Assembly: GCA_965216565.1 (NCBI GenBank)
Contig: OZ244170.1
Location: 4,576,001 to 4,640,000, forward strand
Reading direction: 5' to 3'
Source: Bythopirellula sp.
Lineage (GTDB): Bacteria > Planctomycetota > Planctomycetia > Pirellulales > Lacipirellulaceae
Length of the DNA stretch: 64,000 bases
Shown: in pieces, positions 40,399 to 50,242 of the stretch
Layout of the letters: every line of letters starts with the position of its first letter
Numbering within the stretch: the stretch's first letter is position 1
The notes under the pieces: generated by a model
What the model saw: only the letters and a program-made list of their open reading frames with translations
Told to the model about the DNA's origin: nothing
Databases searched by the model: none
Made by a program: the position numbers and the translations under genes

Positions 40399-40911
40399 CT
40401 ATGCAGCTATTGGCAGCTTGGCAGTCTTGCTCGACTCACTGATGCTTTGTGATATCGTCAACACTTCCTGCACATCACGGTGGACGAGCTTCCAGTTGTA
40501 AACAGGCATTTCTTCTCCGCTACTGACAACCGAGAAGATGCCTAGCAAATAGGCCAGTCCACGTTCTAGCTTGAGAGCTTGGCTGGCAAACATGAGTTGC
40601 CGAGGCGTCCGTCCGCCAAACTCTTCGTCAATGTCTCGAATGGAGCGTATGTCTTCCACGACCAATTCGAGCAGACCGCTGTACTCAGTCAGTAGAGAAA
40701 TCGCTTGCTCCCGGTCGACGCGAAGCAATCCGTCGAGGCGGTCGAGCATTTCGGCAACCTCTTTGGCCCGCTCGACCAATCGCTCGCGTTGTGCTTGCGT
40801 GCGAAGCTCATTGGCTTGCTCGGTGAACTCCTCAGTGAATAAGTCGGTATTCTCACGTTGCTCTTGTCTATTTGGCATTGCTATCAGTAGTCCCATTGCT
40901 TCTTCCTCCAT
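40399..40911 (-). CDS. Hypothetical helical protein
   Basis: 170-aa ORF coupled (TAATG) to the upstream ORF. Confidence 0.55.
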   Translation of the reverse strand: MEEEAMGLLIAMPNRQEQRENTDLFTEEFTEQANELRTQAQRERLVERAKEVAEMLDRLDGLLRVDREQAISLLTEYSGLLELVVEDIRSIRDIDEEFGGRTPRQLMFASQALKLERGLAYLLGIFSVVSSGEEMPVYNWKLVHRDVQEVLTISQSISESSKTAKLPIAA

Positions 40912-41594
40912 TAAGCAGCTAATTGATAAATCTTCGCTTCAAACGGTTTGACTGAGCAACGTTTCACGCGGACACAGTCGCTTGGAACCACTGGTAGTCC
41001 AGCCGTTTTTCTGGCTTTGTTTACGGCTCGCAGAATTGCAAACATTTGCCGCGTGACCCCGCCATAGGCCTCGAACGGCGAGCACTGAAACTCTCGCTCC
41101 AGTGCTATGGTCGAATGTTTGGACGTTGCCGCCACCATAAAATGATTCTTGAGATTCTGATACGCTCGTCGACTGATACGGACAGATGTTTTGCCGTTAT
41201 GGCCGATGGAGTATCCTCCAAACACGACAGGCGTTTCACGCACATCATAATATTGCCGCAGTCGGCTGATACCATCCTCGCCAACTCGTTCGTGTTCTTG
41301 AAAGAAGCTGTGAAATCCTGCCGTGGCTAACAGCACCCAAAAATCTCGATAGCGAAGATACTGCACATTGGCCAGGGGACGGCCATTGGGGCCATTGCGT
41401 TTAGTGCGTCGGTACCGCGACCACTTGCTTCGAGCGACATCGAATTTTCCGAGGATTCGTTGGTCGTGCTGCTGGGGAGTAAGCCGCTCAGGCACGCGAC
41501 CGCTTACGTAGAAAAAGTAGCGACGGGCAACATAGCCAACGGCCAGTTGCTGCACAAAGCCTTCCAGCGTGGCGGCTTCCCACTTGTAGTTCAC
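40911..41594 (-). CDS. Hypothetical basic protein
   Basis: EGFVQQLAVGY...FFYVSGRVP...ANVQYLRYRDFWVLLATAG; start uncertain (GTG 41594, or up to 41678). Confidence 0.6.
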   Translation of the reverse strand: MNYKWEAATLEGFVQQLAVGYVARRYFFYVSGRVPERLTPQQHDQRILGKFDVARSKWSRYRRTKRNGPNGRPLANVQYLRYRDFWVLLATAGFHSFFQEHERVGEDGISRLRQYYDVRETPVVFGGYSIGHNGKTSVRISRRAYQNLKNHFMVAATSKHSTIALEREFQCSPFEAYGGVTRQMFAILRAVNKARKTAGLPVVPSDCVRVKRCSVKPFEAKIYQLAA

Positions 41595-42189
41595 TTGTTG
41601 TTTCACGACCCATATCCCACTTGCCGTCACGACGACGACATTTGGCTTGTTATGGGCGAAACGAGCGAGATGTTGCACAAGAAGTGCCAGCCGCTAAGAA
41701 TCGCTTCGAGTTCGAGCTACGCAAACCTCGCAACGTGTATGTTCTTAGTTGGAAGTAGCGTAGTAAGAAGAAGTAGCGGCTGGAACAGCCGACGCTAATT
41801 GTACCTAATTGTTCAAATGAATTGAAAAGAATGGTTTGTTTGAGGCACAAACCATTCGAAAAGCCGTGAACCTTGGTGAGTAAAAACGTTGAGAGCAACC
41901 TTCATATTGAAGTCGCCCGAACATTACTTACCAAAGCAACGTCCACAGCACCTGCATCCCAGACTGAGCCGCCAAGCCGAGAAGTAGAATACACGCATTG
42001 CAGCTTCCGCCAGGAAGTAGCAACGGGGACCGCCGAAGCGGCCCCGTTACCGCGACCTGTCTTGGATAGGCACAAAGCCCGTCACCACTTTCGTCGTCGC
42101 TCGTGCCCTAAAGCACACAGATGGTTACCAGCCACCTTGAGCAAACGAGCCCGCACTGCCTTGCACGGAAAGTTGCCAATGGCAACCTT

Positions 42190-42923
42190 GAAGAGCCTTC
42201 GCCCTTCGCATCGCCGAGACTTTCGTCCCGCTACCTACTTGTGGCACACTCCCACTCTTGCGAATTCAAAACACTTGGCTGACTAAGCCAAGCACCGGGA
42301 GCTAATCTCCGGTCTCGCAAGAGCTTCCCTCTTTAGTCACAGACATCGACAATCGATTCACGTCGGTTAGCAGCGTTAGCTGCCGCTTCTCGTAGATACG
42401 TGCTCGCCGCCAGGCGAGTCGCAGTTTCTAGGCGTTCCGAAGGAACGACTAATTTCCCCTTGCGAACATACAAGCTCAGGGTATCCCACTACGAAAAGTT
42501 GTCCCAGTTCGGCACCGTCTCTCCATTGTCTAACGAGCAAGCCCTTACGGGCCTTTCATGGTTGAGCTATTCCCCGCCTGGTTTCCCAGGACGCCGAAGC
42601 TTGTCATCGCTCCGATACCGTGTGTCTCCACACGGCAAGTCCCCACGCTCGCAACGTTGCACCGTCCGCTCAAAGAGCGGATGCAGGCCCCGTCGACAGG
42701 ATTTGCACCTGCTTTGTCTGCGACGGCCTAATACGACTTGCGTCGCACTAGGTTTTTCAGAGTCGCCCACGATTCAATTAACTATTGGCGAATTTTTTAT
42801 CGGATAGAACTGTGAGATTACTCTGAATGGAAATTGCTTCGAGACAAAGGAAGCAACAATACTCAGGATTAGTTCACAGAGCCTCCGTCGAACCGGACAA
42901 GCCACTCTCATGGCATCCGGCTC
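42190..42923 (-). ncRNA. ORF-less circularly permuted group II intron (D5-D6, 50-nt exon, D1-D2-D3)
   Basis: 34-nt D5 GAGCCGGAUGCCAUGAGAGUGGCUUGUCCGGUUC (42923-42890); D6 ending CUAUCCGAU at 42799; GUGCGACG 5' end at 42748; GGUGCAAAUCC; D2 stem 42324-42254; D3-like AGUAG..GAAA..GCGAAGG. Confidence 0.82.
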
Positions 42924-43230
42924 TACGGACAGGCAGCGTAAGAAAAAGCTAATTTCTCCCCTTAGCGTGGTTGGTAAGACCACATTTACCGGGAGCTACC
43001 TCCTATCCAAGAAGTCGCTCTACAAACGTTTGCAGCAGCGATACTTCTCTTATGGCCGCGACGAAGAATTGTTTGACTTATTCGCCTACGATATGTCACA
43101 CCTCAAAGTGAGTCACCAATAACAGGCCAAATATCAGTCATGGGTGATGCCGCACTCTGATATGTCGTCCTAGCTCACGGTGACGATGTATTGGTTGCGA
43201 GCATTGCCTGTGCGACTAGGAGGGATATCT

Positions 43231-43560
43231 ATGAAAACAGTACCGTGTCAGAGATTTTGGGAAGGGGCCGTCGGAATCACACTCACGCCACGCCAGCAAA
43301 AAAGCGGCGAATACTTTTGGACGTTTTCGTTTGTGCGTGCCTACAAACGTAAAGACAGCGAGAAATGGGAGTACGCCCAGCACTATGGGCAGAAACATGC
43401 CGAGGCGTTGGGCCAGGTGATGAGTCGAGCATTCCAATTCATGGAGCAGAATGCTCCAAGTCAGTTCGTTGATGAATGGGAGACAGCGAAGGCTGTCGAT
43501 CCAGCCGTAACGCTGGATGGCATGAGCTTCCCAGCAGCCAACGCGACTGCCTCGAATTGA
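43231..43560 (+). CDS. Small PC4/SpoVG-like putative ssDNA-binding protein
   Basis: AGGAGG RBS; FVRAYKRKDSEKW motif plus helix. Confidence 0.55.
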   Translation: MKTVPCQRFWEGAVGITLTPRQQKSGEYFWTFSFVRAYKRKDSEKWEYAQHYGQKHAEALGQVMSRAFQFMEQNAPSQFVDEWETAKAVDPAVTLDGMSFPAANATASN

Positions 43561-43796
43561 TAACTTGTTCTTTCACAATCGAAACCGAGTAGATGACCAC
43601 CCTCTACCGGCCATGTGGCAGGCAACACGATTCGCCTGCGACAGGACCGGTGGTGCATGAGCCTCAAGCAAAGGATTTTTTCTGTACGTTTCTATGCTGA
43701 CTAGCTGTGCCGACGGTTTCGACCGCTGGATACCGCTAACTCAGTGCTGAAGCGTTCACAGTCCACGCACTCTTTTTAGTAGAGAGGAGACTCAAG

Positions 43797-44828
43797 ATGG
43801 TGAATTTGACCAAAGCGAGTCGAGAGTTGTTTCGCAGAACTCCCGACGAGCGGTTTCATTCGTTCGACGCCCTGCTTGCTCATTGCCATGAGCGAAAAGA
43901 ACGTTCGGACGAGCATTGGCAGGTTTCGCAGAACCTTCGCATCGAGCAATCAGCTAACAGCTTGCAGATGCGATTGGAAGACGCGGAAGATGTCACAATG
44001 TCGCTTAGCGACTGGAGCTTTAGTCAGCTCTGCAAGTTGTGCGGCGTCCAAAAGGACACCGTCAACAAACTTACTTCCGAGACGGCATCACGCGTGTTTC
44101 GTGACACGATGCCCCACTCACGGAAGCCACTTCAGGTGTACTCGGCTGACGGTACCGCTTTGGCGGTACACAGCTCAACGTACTCGCGTCTGTTTGACGC
44201 CGAAGTTCTCGAAGCGGTCCGCGAGGCCGCCCCCGATTTTACGCCCCCGCCTACTGGTTTGGGTGGAGCAACGGGACTCTATGCCGGTGAACAAGACATG
44301 TTCGCCTTTGGCATCGACCCCACAGCTTGGGTAGAAATCGGCGGTGAGAATTTCGCACCCGGCTTCTTTGTGTGGAATTCGGAAGTGGGTAAGCGTTCGG
44401 TCGGCGTTCAGACGTTCTGGTATCAGGAAATCTGCCAGAACCATATCGTCTGGGACGCCATCGAAGTGGTCGAGCTAAAGCGACGCCATATCGGCAACGT
44501 CCAAGATGCCTTGGACGATGTCCGCGAGACGATTGCACAGCTAGTGAAGAAACGCGACGAACGTCGCGACTCTTTTGCTACTGGCATTAAGCTCGCAATG
44601 GAAACCCCCTTCGGCAACGATGCCGAAGAAGTTTGCAATGTGCTAGGCAAGCACGGCGTTAGCTCCCGACTAGCGGAGCAAGTCGTACAGCTCGCTGGGC
44701 AACAAGCATCGTTTTCGGTGTTTGGCATTGTGGACGCTTTGACGCGGATTGCCGGTCGTTATGAAAACGCCGGTGACCGTTTACTTGTGGACCAAAAGGC
44801 AGCCTCGCTTTTGAGCCTGGCTGTCTAG
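43797..44828 (+). CDS. DUF932-like protein
   Basis: RRTPDERF, WSFSQLC, YSRLFDAEV and GFFVWNSEVG...ICQNHIVW...RH motifs. Confidence 0.7.
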   Translation: MVNLTKASRELFRRTPDERFHSFDALLAHCHERKERSDEHWQVSQNLRIEQSANSLQMRLEDAEDVTMSLSDWSFSQLCKLCGVQKDTVNKLTSETASRVFRDTMPHSRKPLQVYSADGTALAVHSSTYSRLFDAEVLEAVREAAPDFTPPPTGLGGATGLYAGEQDMFAFGIDPTAWVEIGGENFAPGFFVWNSEVGKRSVGVQTFWYQEICQNHIVWDAIEVVELKRRHIGNVQDALDDVRETIAQLVKKRDERRDSFATGIKLAMETPFGNDAEEVCNVLGKHGVSSRLAEQVVQLAGQQASFSVFGIVDALTRIAGRYENAGDRLLVDQKAASLLSLAV

Positions 44829-44874
44829 GTCCTTTTTCTCTGTCCTCCATTTAGGCAAGAAAGGAGATGATACG

Positions 44875-45108
44875 ATGTCGGAAAACAATCGACCCGTTCA
44901 TCAAGTCCGTATTGGTAAAATTAAGGCCGCTGTTTTTGAGAACGGCGACAACGCTCCTCGCAAGGTCCAGTTCACCGCCCTCTACAAAGAAGGAGATGAG
45001 TGGCGAGGTTCAGCTAGTTTTGCTCGTGAGGATTTGCCGTTGCTTATGAAAGTAGCGGACCAAGTCCACAGTTACCTGTACGAGCAGAACGGTTCTGCTG
45101 GCCAGTAA
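44875..45108 (+). CDS. Small PC4/SpoVG-like putative ssDNA-binding protein
   Basis: AAGGAG RBS; PVHQVRIGKIKAAVFEN...LYKEGDEW..SASF..EDL. Confidence 0.65.
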   Translation: MSENNRPVHQVRIGKIKAAVFENGDNAPRKVQFTALYKEGDEWRGSASFAREDLPLLMKVADQVHSYLYEQNGSAGQ

Positions 45109-45623
45109 GGTTTCTTGAGGCCAACCATGCACCACCGGCCTCTCAGTAAGGAAAGACCGAGCGTATCCTCAGTTGACACGAAAGAACTGGGATACACTGG
45201 AAAAACCATTAAGCGGCTTGTCAGCCGAACTCTCTAACGTCCGTTTCTGGCGTCGGATTTACACTCTCCGCATCTAAGCTAACCAGCTTGGCCGCTTCGG
45301 GTTATCCATCTTTAGTAGACTAAAAATTCACATCTGTGCGTGAAGTGAACGACACTTCTGCGAGTTGATCACAAGTCCGTTTCCGAGAGCGTGACATCTC
45401 TCGAAGGAATCGATTTGTTTGAGGTCGTGCTAGAATTCGATCGTAGATAAGTTCGACAACGTCGAGTGCCGCTCTTATCGAGTTCATCACCCGCGCTCAT
45501 TGAACGCAACTTTTCGTGCATCCTTAAAGCCTGCTGGTCGGCTTGACTGTTTTGGACCAGCCTTAGGATCATTCCGAAAAAAAGTGTCCGACACTTATTC
45601 TATGCTCGTCGCTTACGTGTCCA

Positions 45624-48600
45624 TCAGCTTGCTCGAACTACGTCTCGAGAATGGACAGCGATTGGCACGCGGGATTTTTCCTCACGCTGTTCTTCGATTT
45701 CCTTGGCTTCTTCCTCTACTTCATGAAAGGGCGGACCTGTGCCCTGCTGCTGGTCGGTTCCACCTAGCCACCGCCGTACCGTGCTACCGGCATCGTCCAG
45801 CAGGCTGTAAACAACTGGGATGACGACCAGCGTCAGCAACGTTGAAGTGAGCATTCCACCGATCACACAGGCACCCATTGGCTGGCGAGTTTCTGAGCCA
45901 GCGCCCAGGCCGATTGCGATAGGGATCATGCCGGCGATCGTCGAAAACGCAGTCATTAAAATGGGACGCAAACGAACCGGACCAGCCTTAAGTAGTGCCG
46001 CTTTCGTTTCCATGCCGGATTCGCGACGAAGTTGATTCGTATAATCGACCAACAAAATCGCATTTTTAGTCACCAGCCCCATCAACATCACCATGCCGAT
46101 CATGCTGTAAATGTTCAATGTCAGTCCAGTGAGCGCTAACGCGCCAAGTGCTCCCCCGATGGACAATGGCACCGAAAGCATGATGGTCACTGGATGAATG
46201 AAGCTTTCGAACTGAGAAGCCAGCACCATGTAGATTAATACCACAGCGAGCAACAAAGAGAAGATGATGCTTGCAAACGAGTCGGCCATCATGTCACCGG
46301 CACCGGTGAAGGCACTGACCACTCCTGGCGGGAGACCGACATCTTTCTCAATGGCTAATACATCGGTCATCGCCGCTCCCAGTGCCTTAGACTTTTCAAG
46401 GTTCGCCATGATGGTGACTTGACGCTGACGATTCTGACGGTCGATTTGAACGGGGCCGGTTCCTTCCACGACTTCGGCGAGACTGCGAAACTCAACTAAT
46501 TGTCCGTCGCCCGTGCGGACGGGCAATGCGGCAATCGCGTCGGAACGGTTCCGGTCTCCCTCGGCTAGACGCACGCGGACGTCATAACTCTTGCCGCCTT
46601 CTTCAAACGTGCTGACTGGGCGCCCACCGACAAGAGTTTGCACAGCTTTTCCCAACAGCTCGATGTTGACTCCCAGGTCTGCTGCCCGTTCGCGGTCCGG
46701 CAAAATAGCGACTTCCGGCTTGCTGGAATCATACGTCAGATTGACATCGACGATCCCTGGGATTTCGCGCATGCGTTGCGTGATTTCAATCGCCGTCTCT
46801 TCCAGCTTACTAATATCTGGTCCACGAACATTGTATTGCAGAGGGGCAGAACGGAAGCCTCCGCCGGAAACACGCGGGATGTACTCAATGCTGATTTTGG
46901 AGTGCGTTAAGTCTTCCACACACTCCCTTGCCAGTCCCATGATTTCGTGTTGACTCATAGGACGCTCCGACTTGTCCGGCAACTGCACCAGGATCATGCC
47001 GTAATTCACACGTCCTTCTTGACCGGCTCCTATGGTGGAGTAGAGATTTGTCACGTAAGGCAGGTTCCGCAGTCGTTGCTCAACTTCTTCGAGAATCCGA
47101 CTGGTTCGGTCGATAGAGGAACCGAGTGGCGTCTCCACCTGAACATTGAACTGGCCTTCATCTTGGGCGGGCGTAAACTCGGTTCCGACCAGAGGCAGCA
47201 ACATGAGGCTGCCAACAAAAACACCAACTGCGATAATTGAAACCAACCAGCGAAAGCGTAATGAGAACCACAGCGTCCCACCGTAAAGCCACTCGATACC
47301 CGTGAAGAATCGCTCGACGAGATTAAACATCAACCCACGCTTCGGAGCGACTTTTAGCACTCGTGAGCAGAGCATCGGGGAGAGCCAGACCGCGACGAAT
47401 GTCGAGACCACCACCGCAAATGTCACAGTGAGTCCAAATTCATAGAAGAAGCGCCCGACCAGCCCATCCATGAACGCCACCGGGATGAAAACGGCAACAA
47501 TTGCCAAAGAGGTCGCGATAACCGCAAAGCCAATCTCCGAGATGCCTGCCAATGCGGCTGCCATTCGAGACTTGCCCTCTTCCATATGGCGAAAGGAGTT
47601 TTCCAAAACCACAATTGAGTCGTCGACGACCATCCCGACTGATATGCTTAGTGCCAACAGCGACATCATGTTGAGAGAGAATCCGAAGGCGAGCATGAAG
47701 GCATACGTCGTGATGATCGTCACGGGAATTGTCACTGCGGCGACAAACGCCGCACGCCAATTCCGCAGAAATATGAGGATCACCAGCACCGCCAGGAAAC
47801 CACCTCGCAACAACTCTCCCTGAGCTTCATTGACGCTGTCGGCTACGAACAGCGACAAGTCCTGGGTCAGCGTCATGCTGTAATGCGAGGGTAGCTCTGC
47901 CTTGATCGAGGCTAATCGCTCGTTGACCCCTGAAGCGACCGCCAACATGTTTTCGCCTGATTGTCGACGGACTTGCAATGAAACTGCCCGCTGGCCGTTG
48001 AGCCGCGATAGGCTGCGGAAGTCTTCCATGCCGTCTTCAACGGTGGCGACGTCCTTTAAGCGAATCGGTGTGACACCGCGTGTTGTCACCACAATATCTT
48101 CAAAGTCCTTCGAGGTTGTAATTCGTCCTTTTGTCTTGACGACGAGTTCCCGCGTATCCGCCTCCACTCGGCCGCCGGGATACTCCACGTTTTGCTTTTC
48201 GATCGCTTCCACGACCTCGGTGGCCGTCACCTGATAACTCCGCAAGTCATCGACTCGCAGCCAGATACGCACCTCCCGTTCGCGACCACCGACAATCTGG
48301 ACAGCGCCTACGCCGTTGACCCCTTCAATCTGAGGTTTGATGACATCATCCGCATAGCGTGTCAGTTCTCGGATCGATTCTGGTCCCGCCAGTGTAATCG
48401 CCATGATCGGGGCTGAATCCGGGTCGAACTTCTCGATGACCGGCTCTTCGATTCCAAGGGGAAGTTCTGCGCGGATGGCTGCAACTTTGTCTCGAACATC
48501 TTGTGCCGCTACGTTAATGTCGCGGCCCAGTTCAAACTCGACAAACGTCATTGACAGGCCAGTGACGCTCTCACTGCGCAGCGATTTGATGCCACTGATG

Positions 48601-48818
48601 GTGTTGACAGCCTCTTCGATCGTGTCAGTGACATCCGTCTCGATGGTTTCCGGATCAGAACCTTCGTAGAACACAGACACCGTAACGATTGGAAAGTCGA
48701 CACTCGGGAACAGATCGATTCCAATGCGGAAGTAAGCCACCAAGCCAAAGACGACCATGGCCGCGATGACCATGACTGAAAAGACCGGGCGAGTGATAGA
48801 AAGTTCGGAGATCTTCAT
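45624..48818 (-). CDS. RND efflux permease (AcrB/AcrD/AcrF family)
   Basis: 1064 aa; GMVVDDSIVVLEN, KNAILLVD and RLRPILMT motifs. Confidence 0.96.
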   Translation of the reverse strand: MKISELSITRPVFSVMVIAAMVVFGLVAYFRIGIDLFPSVDFPIVTVSVFYEGSDPETIETDVTDTIEEAVNTISGIKSLRSESVTGLSMTFVEFELGRDINVAAQDVRDKVAAIRAELPLGIEEPVIEKFDPDSAPIMAITLAGPESIRELTRYADDVIKPQIEGVNGVGAVQIVGGREREVRIWLRVDDLRSYQVTATEVVEAIEKQNVEYPGGRVEADTRELVVKTKGRITTSKDFEDIVVTTRGVTPIRLKDVATVEDGMEDFRSLSRLNGQRAVSLQVRRQSGENMLAVASGVNERLASIKAELPSHYSMTLTQDLSLFVADSVNEAQGELLRGGFLAVLVILIFLRNWRAAFVAAVTIPVTIITTYAFMLAFGFSLNMMSLLALSISVGMVVDDSIVVLENSFRHMEEGKSRMAAALAGISEIGFAVIATSLAIVAVFIPVAFMDGLVGRFFYEFGLTVTFAVVVSTFVAVWLSPMLCSRVLKVAPKRGLMFNLVERFFTGIEWLYGGTLWFSLRFRWLVSIIAVGVFVGSLMLLPLVGTEFTPAQDEGQFNVQVETPLGSSIDRTSRILEEVEQRLRNLPYVTNLYSTIGAGQEGRVNYGMILVQLPDKSERPMSQHEIMGLARECVEDLTHSKISIEYIPRVSGGGFRSAPLQYNVRGPDISKLEETAIEITQRMREIPGIVDVNLTYDSSKPEVAILPDRERAADLGVNIELLGKAVQTLVGGRPVSTFEEGGKSYDVRVRLAEGDRNRSDAIAALPVRTGDGQLVEFRSLAEVVEGTGPVQIDRQNRQRQVTIMANLEKSKALGAAMTDVLAIEKDVGLPPGVVSAFTGAGDMMADSFASIIFSLLLAVVLIYMVLASQFESFIHPVTIMLSVPLSIGGALGALALTGLTLNIYSMIGMVMLMGLVTKNAILLVDYTNQLRRESGMETKAALLKAGPVRLRPILMTAFSTIAGMIPIAIGLGAGSETRQPMGACVIGGMLTSTLLTLVVIPVVYSLLDDAGSTVRRWLGGTDQQQGTGPPFHEVEEEAKEIEEQREEKSRVPIAVHSRDVVRAS

Positions 48819-50242
48819 CGGTGACTGTCTCCCGCGCTCGCTGCGGTCAATGCGTGTTTCTGGTACTCAACCTCCACATTCCGCTGCCCTTCTGCGGGTT
48901 GAACCTGCATGCCGTCGGCAAGGATTGCAGGATCCTGGAGCACGATCCGCTCCCCTTCAGCCAATCCATCAATCACTTCTGTGACGCCGTTTCCCGCTAG
49001 TCCGATACGAACAGGCCGTTGTGTAACACGCTGTGAATCAGAGTTGTAGACAAACACTTGGGGCTGTCCTCCGAAGTACACTAAAGCTGGTGTCGGGACG
49101 ATCAGAGCCTGAGTTGCGGAATCGACTCCAAACGCCACTTTGGCAAACTGACCAGCCTTGAATGTTCGCTTATGGTTTTCAACCGCAACGCGGACTCGGA
49201 ATGTTCGTGTTGCGTGGTCTATTTTTTCATTGACGAGGACGACTACTCCGGGCACGGACTCAACGGTTCCAGCAGCTTCGACTTTCACAAACTGACCGAT
49301 TTCAACGCGTCCCAAGTAACGCTCCGGGATGGCAACCTGCGCGATTACCAGACTCAGGTCCATCAATTCCATCAATTCGACGCGCGGTTGCGACGTCACT
49401 CGCTCTCCCATTTCGACGAACCGGTCCACGATGACCGCATCATAAGGTGCCCGAATGACCGTCTTCTGGAGACGGTCTTCCTTGATCTGCACGTCCACTT
49501 CAGCCTGCGACACCAGAGCACGCAGCACGGCGATCTCTGCCTCAGTCGGACCAGCCTGTGCCTCTGCCAAGTCGGCGTCAGCACGTTCCACATCCGCCCG
49601 CGCTGAGCGAAGTTCGGATTGAATCCGCGAGTATTCTTGTTCGGAAGTGGCTCTTTGACCAATCAGCGTTTCCACACGTTTGAAATCGCCTTCTGCACGT
49701 TCCGCACGGGCGACAGCGTCTTGGCGGGCCGCCTTGAGGCGGCGGATCTCTTCGGGCCTCTTCCAAGCAAGCAGGTTTTCCAGGTCTTTTTGAGTCTTAT
49801 ACAGCTTTGATTTTGCGGAGGCCAATTCCAATTCGTATTCAGTAGGATCGAGTTGAATGAGAATATCTCCCTGAGCCACAGGCTGACCAAGGTCCAAACC
49901 AAGATTCTCGGAATACTTACGCCCTTCGATTTCGACATCGATTTTCCGAGGCGATCGAGGAATGGATTGAATGACGCCGTCCACTTCAGCAACCACAATT
50001 GTCCGCCGCCGTGGTAGTAAGTTTCCTGTCAATTCAAGTGTCGTGGAGACTTCTCCCCGCTCAACGGTCGTCAGTTCAACCGCCATAGCTGGAAACTCAC
50101 CACGCTGCGCGTCGCGAGTGGCAGTTTCGGAATCCGGCGAGCCTTCTCCAGCCCAGGGGCGAATCACGAATAGCAGGCCAATCAGCCCGATGGTCATCAA
50201 CAATCCTATCGCCGTGCCGAGCCACTTCCATTTACTTGCCAT
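48815..50242 (-). CDS. RND periplasmic adaptor (membrane fusion protein)
   Basis: N-terminal TM, lipoyl halves, long alpha hairpin, IRAPYDAV and TRTFRVRV. Confidence 0.92.
   Translation of the reverse strand: MASKWKWLGTAIGLLMTIGLIGLLFVIRPWAGEGSPDSETATRDAQRGEFPAMAVELTTVERGEVSTTLELTGNLLPRRRTIVVAEVDGVIQSIPRSPRKIDVEIEGRKYSENLGLDLGQPVAQGDILIQLDPTEYELELASAKSKLYKTQKDLENLLAWKRPEEIRRLKAARQDAVARAERAEGDFKRVETLIGQRATSEQEYSRIQSELRSARADVERADADLAEAQAGPTEAEIAVLRALVSQAEVDVQIKEDRLQKTVIRAPYDAVIVDRFVEMGERVTSQPRVELMELMDLSLVIAQVAIPERYLGRVEIGQFVKVEAAGTVESVPGVVVLVNEKIDHATRTFRVRVAVENHKRTFKAGQFAKVAFGVDSATQALIVPTPALVYFGGQPQVFVYNSDSQRVTQRPVRIGLAGNGVTEVIDGLAEGERIVLQDPAILADGMQVQPAEGQRNVEVEYQKHALTAASAGDSHR

Noticed and set aside
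42017..42053. Hairpin ending CTAC as a second D6
   Set aside because: No D5 precedes it; treated as a plain stem-loop
41873..42807. Plus-strand ORFs 41873-42286 and 42400-42807
   Set aside because: No RBS or motifs; antisense to the structured intron RNA
42799..43155. Conventional intron starting at the GTGCG at 43155 and ending at 42799
   Set aside because: Only about 230 nt precede D5 and no D1-D3 motifs are recognisable there; a clear D1-D3 lies downstream of D6 instead
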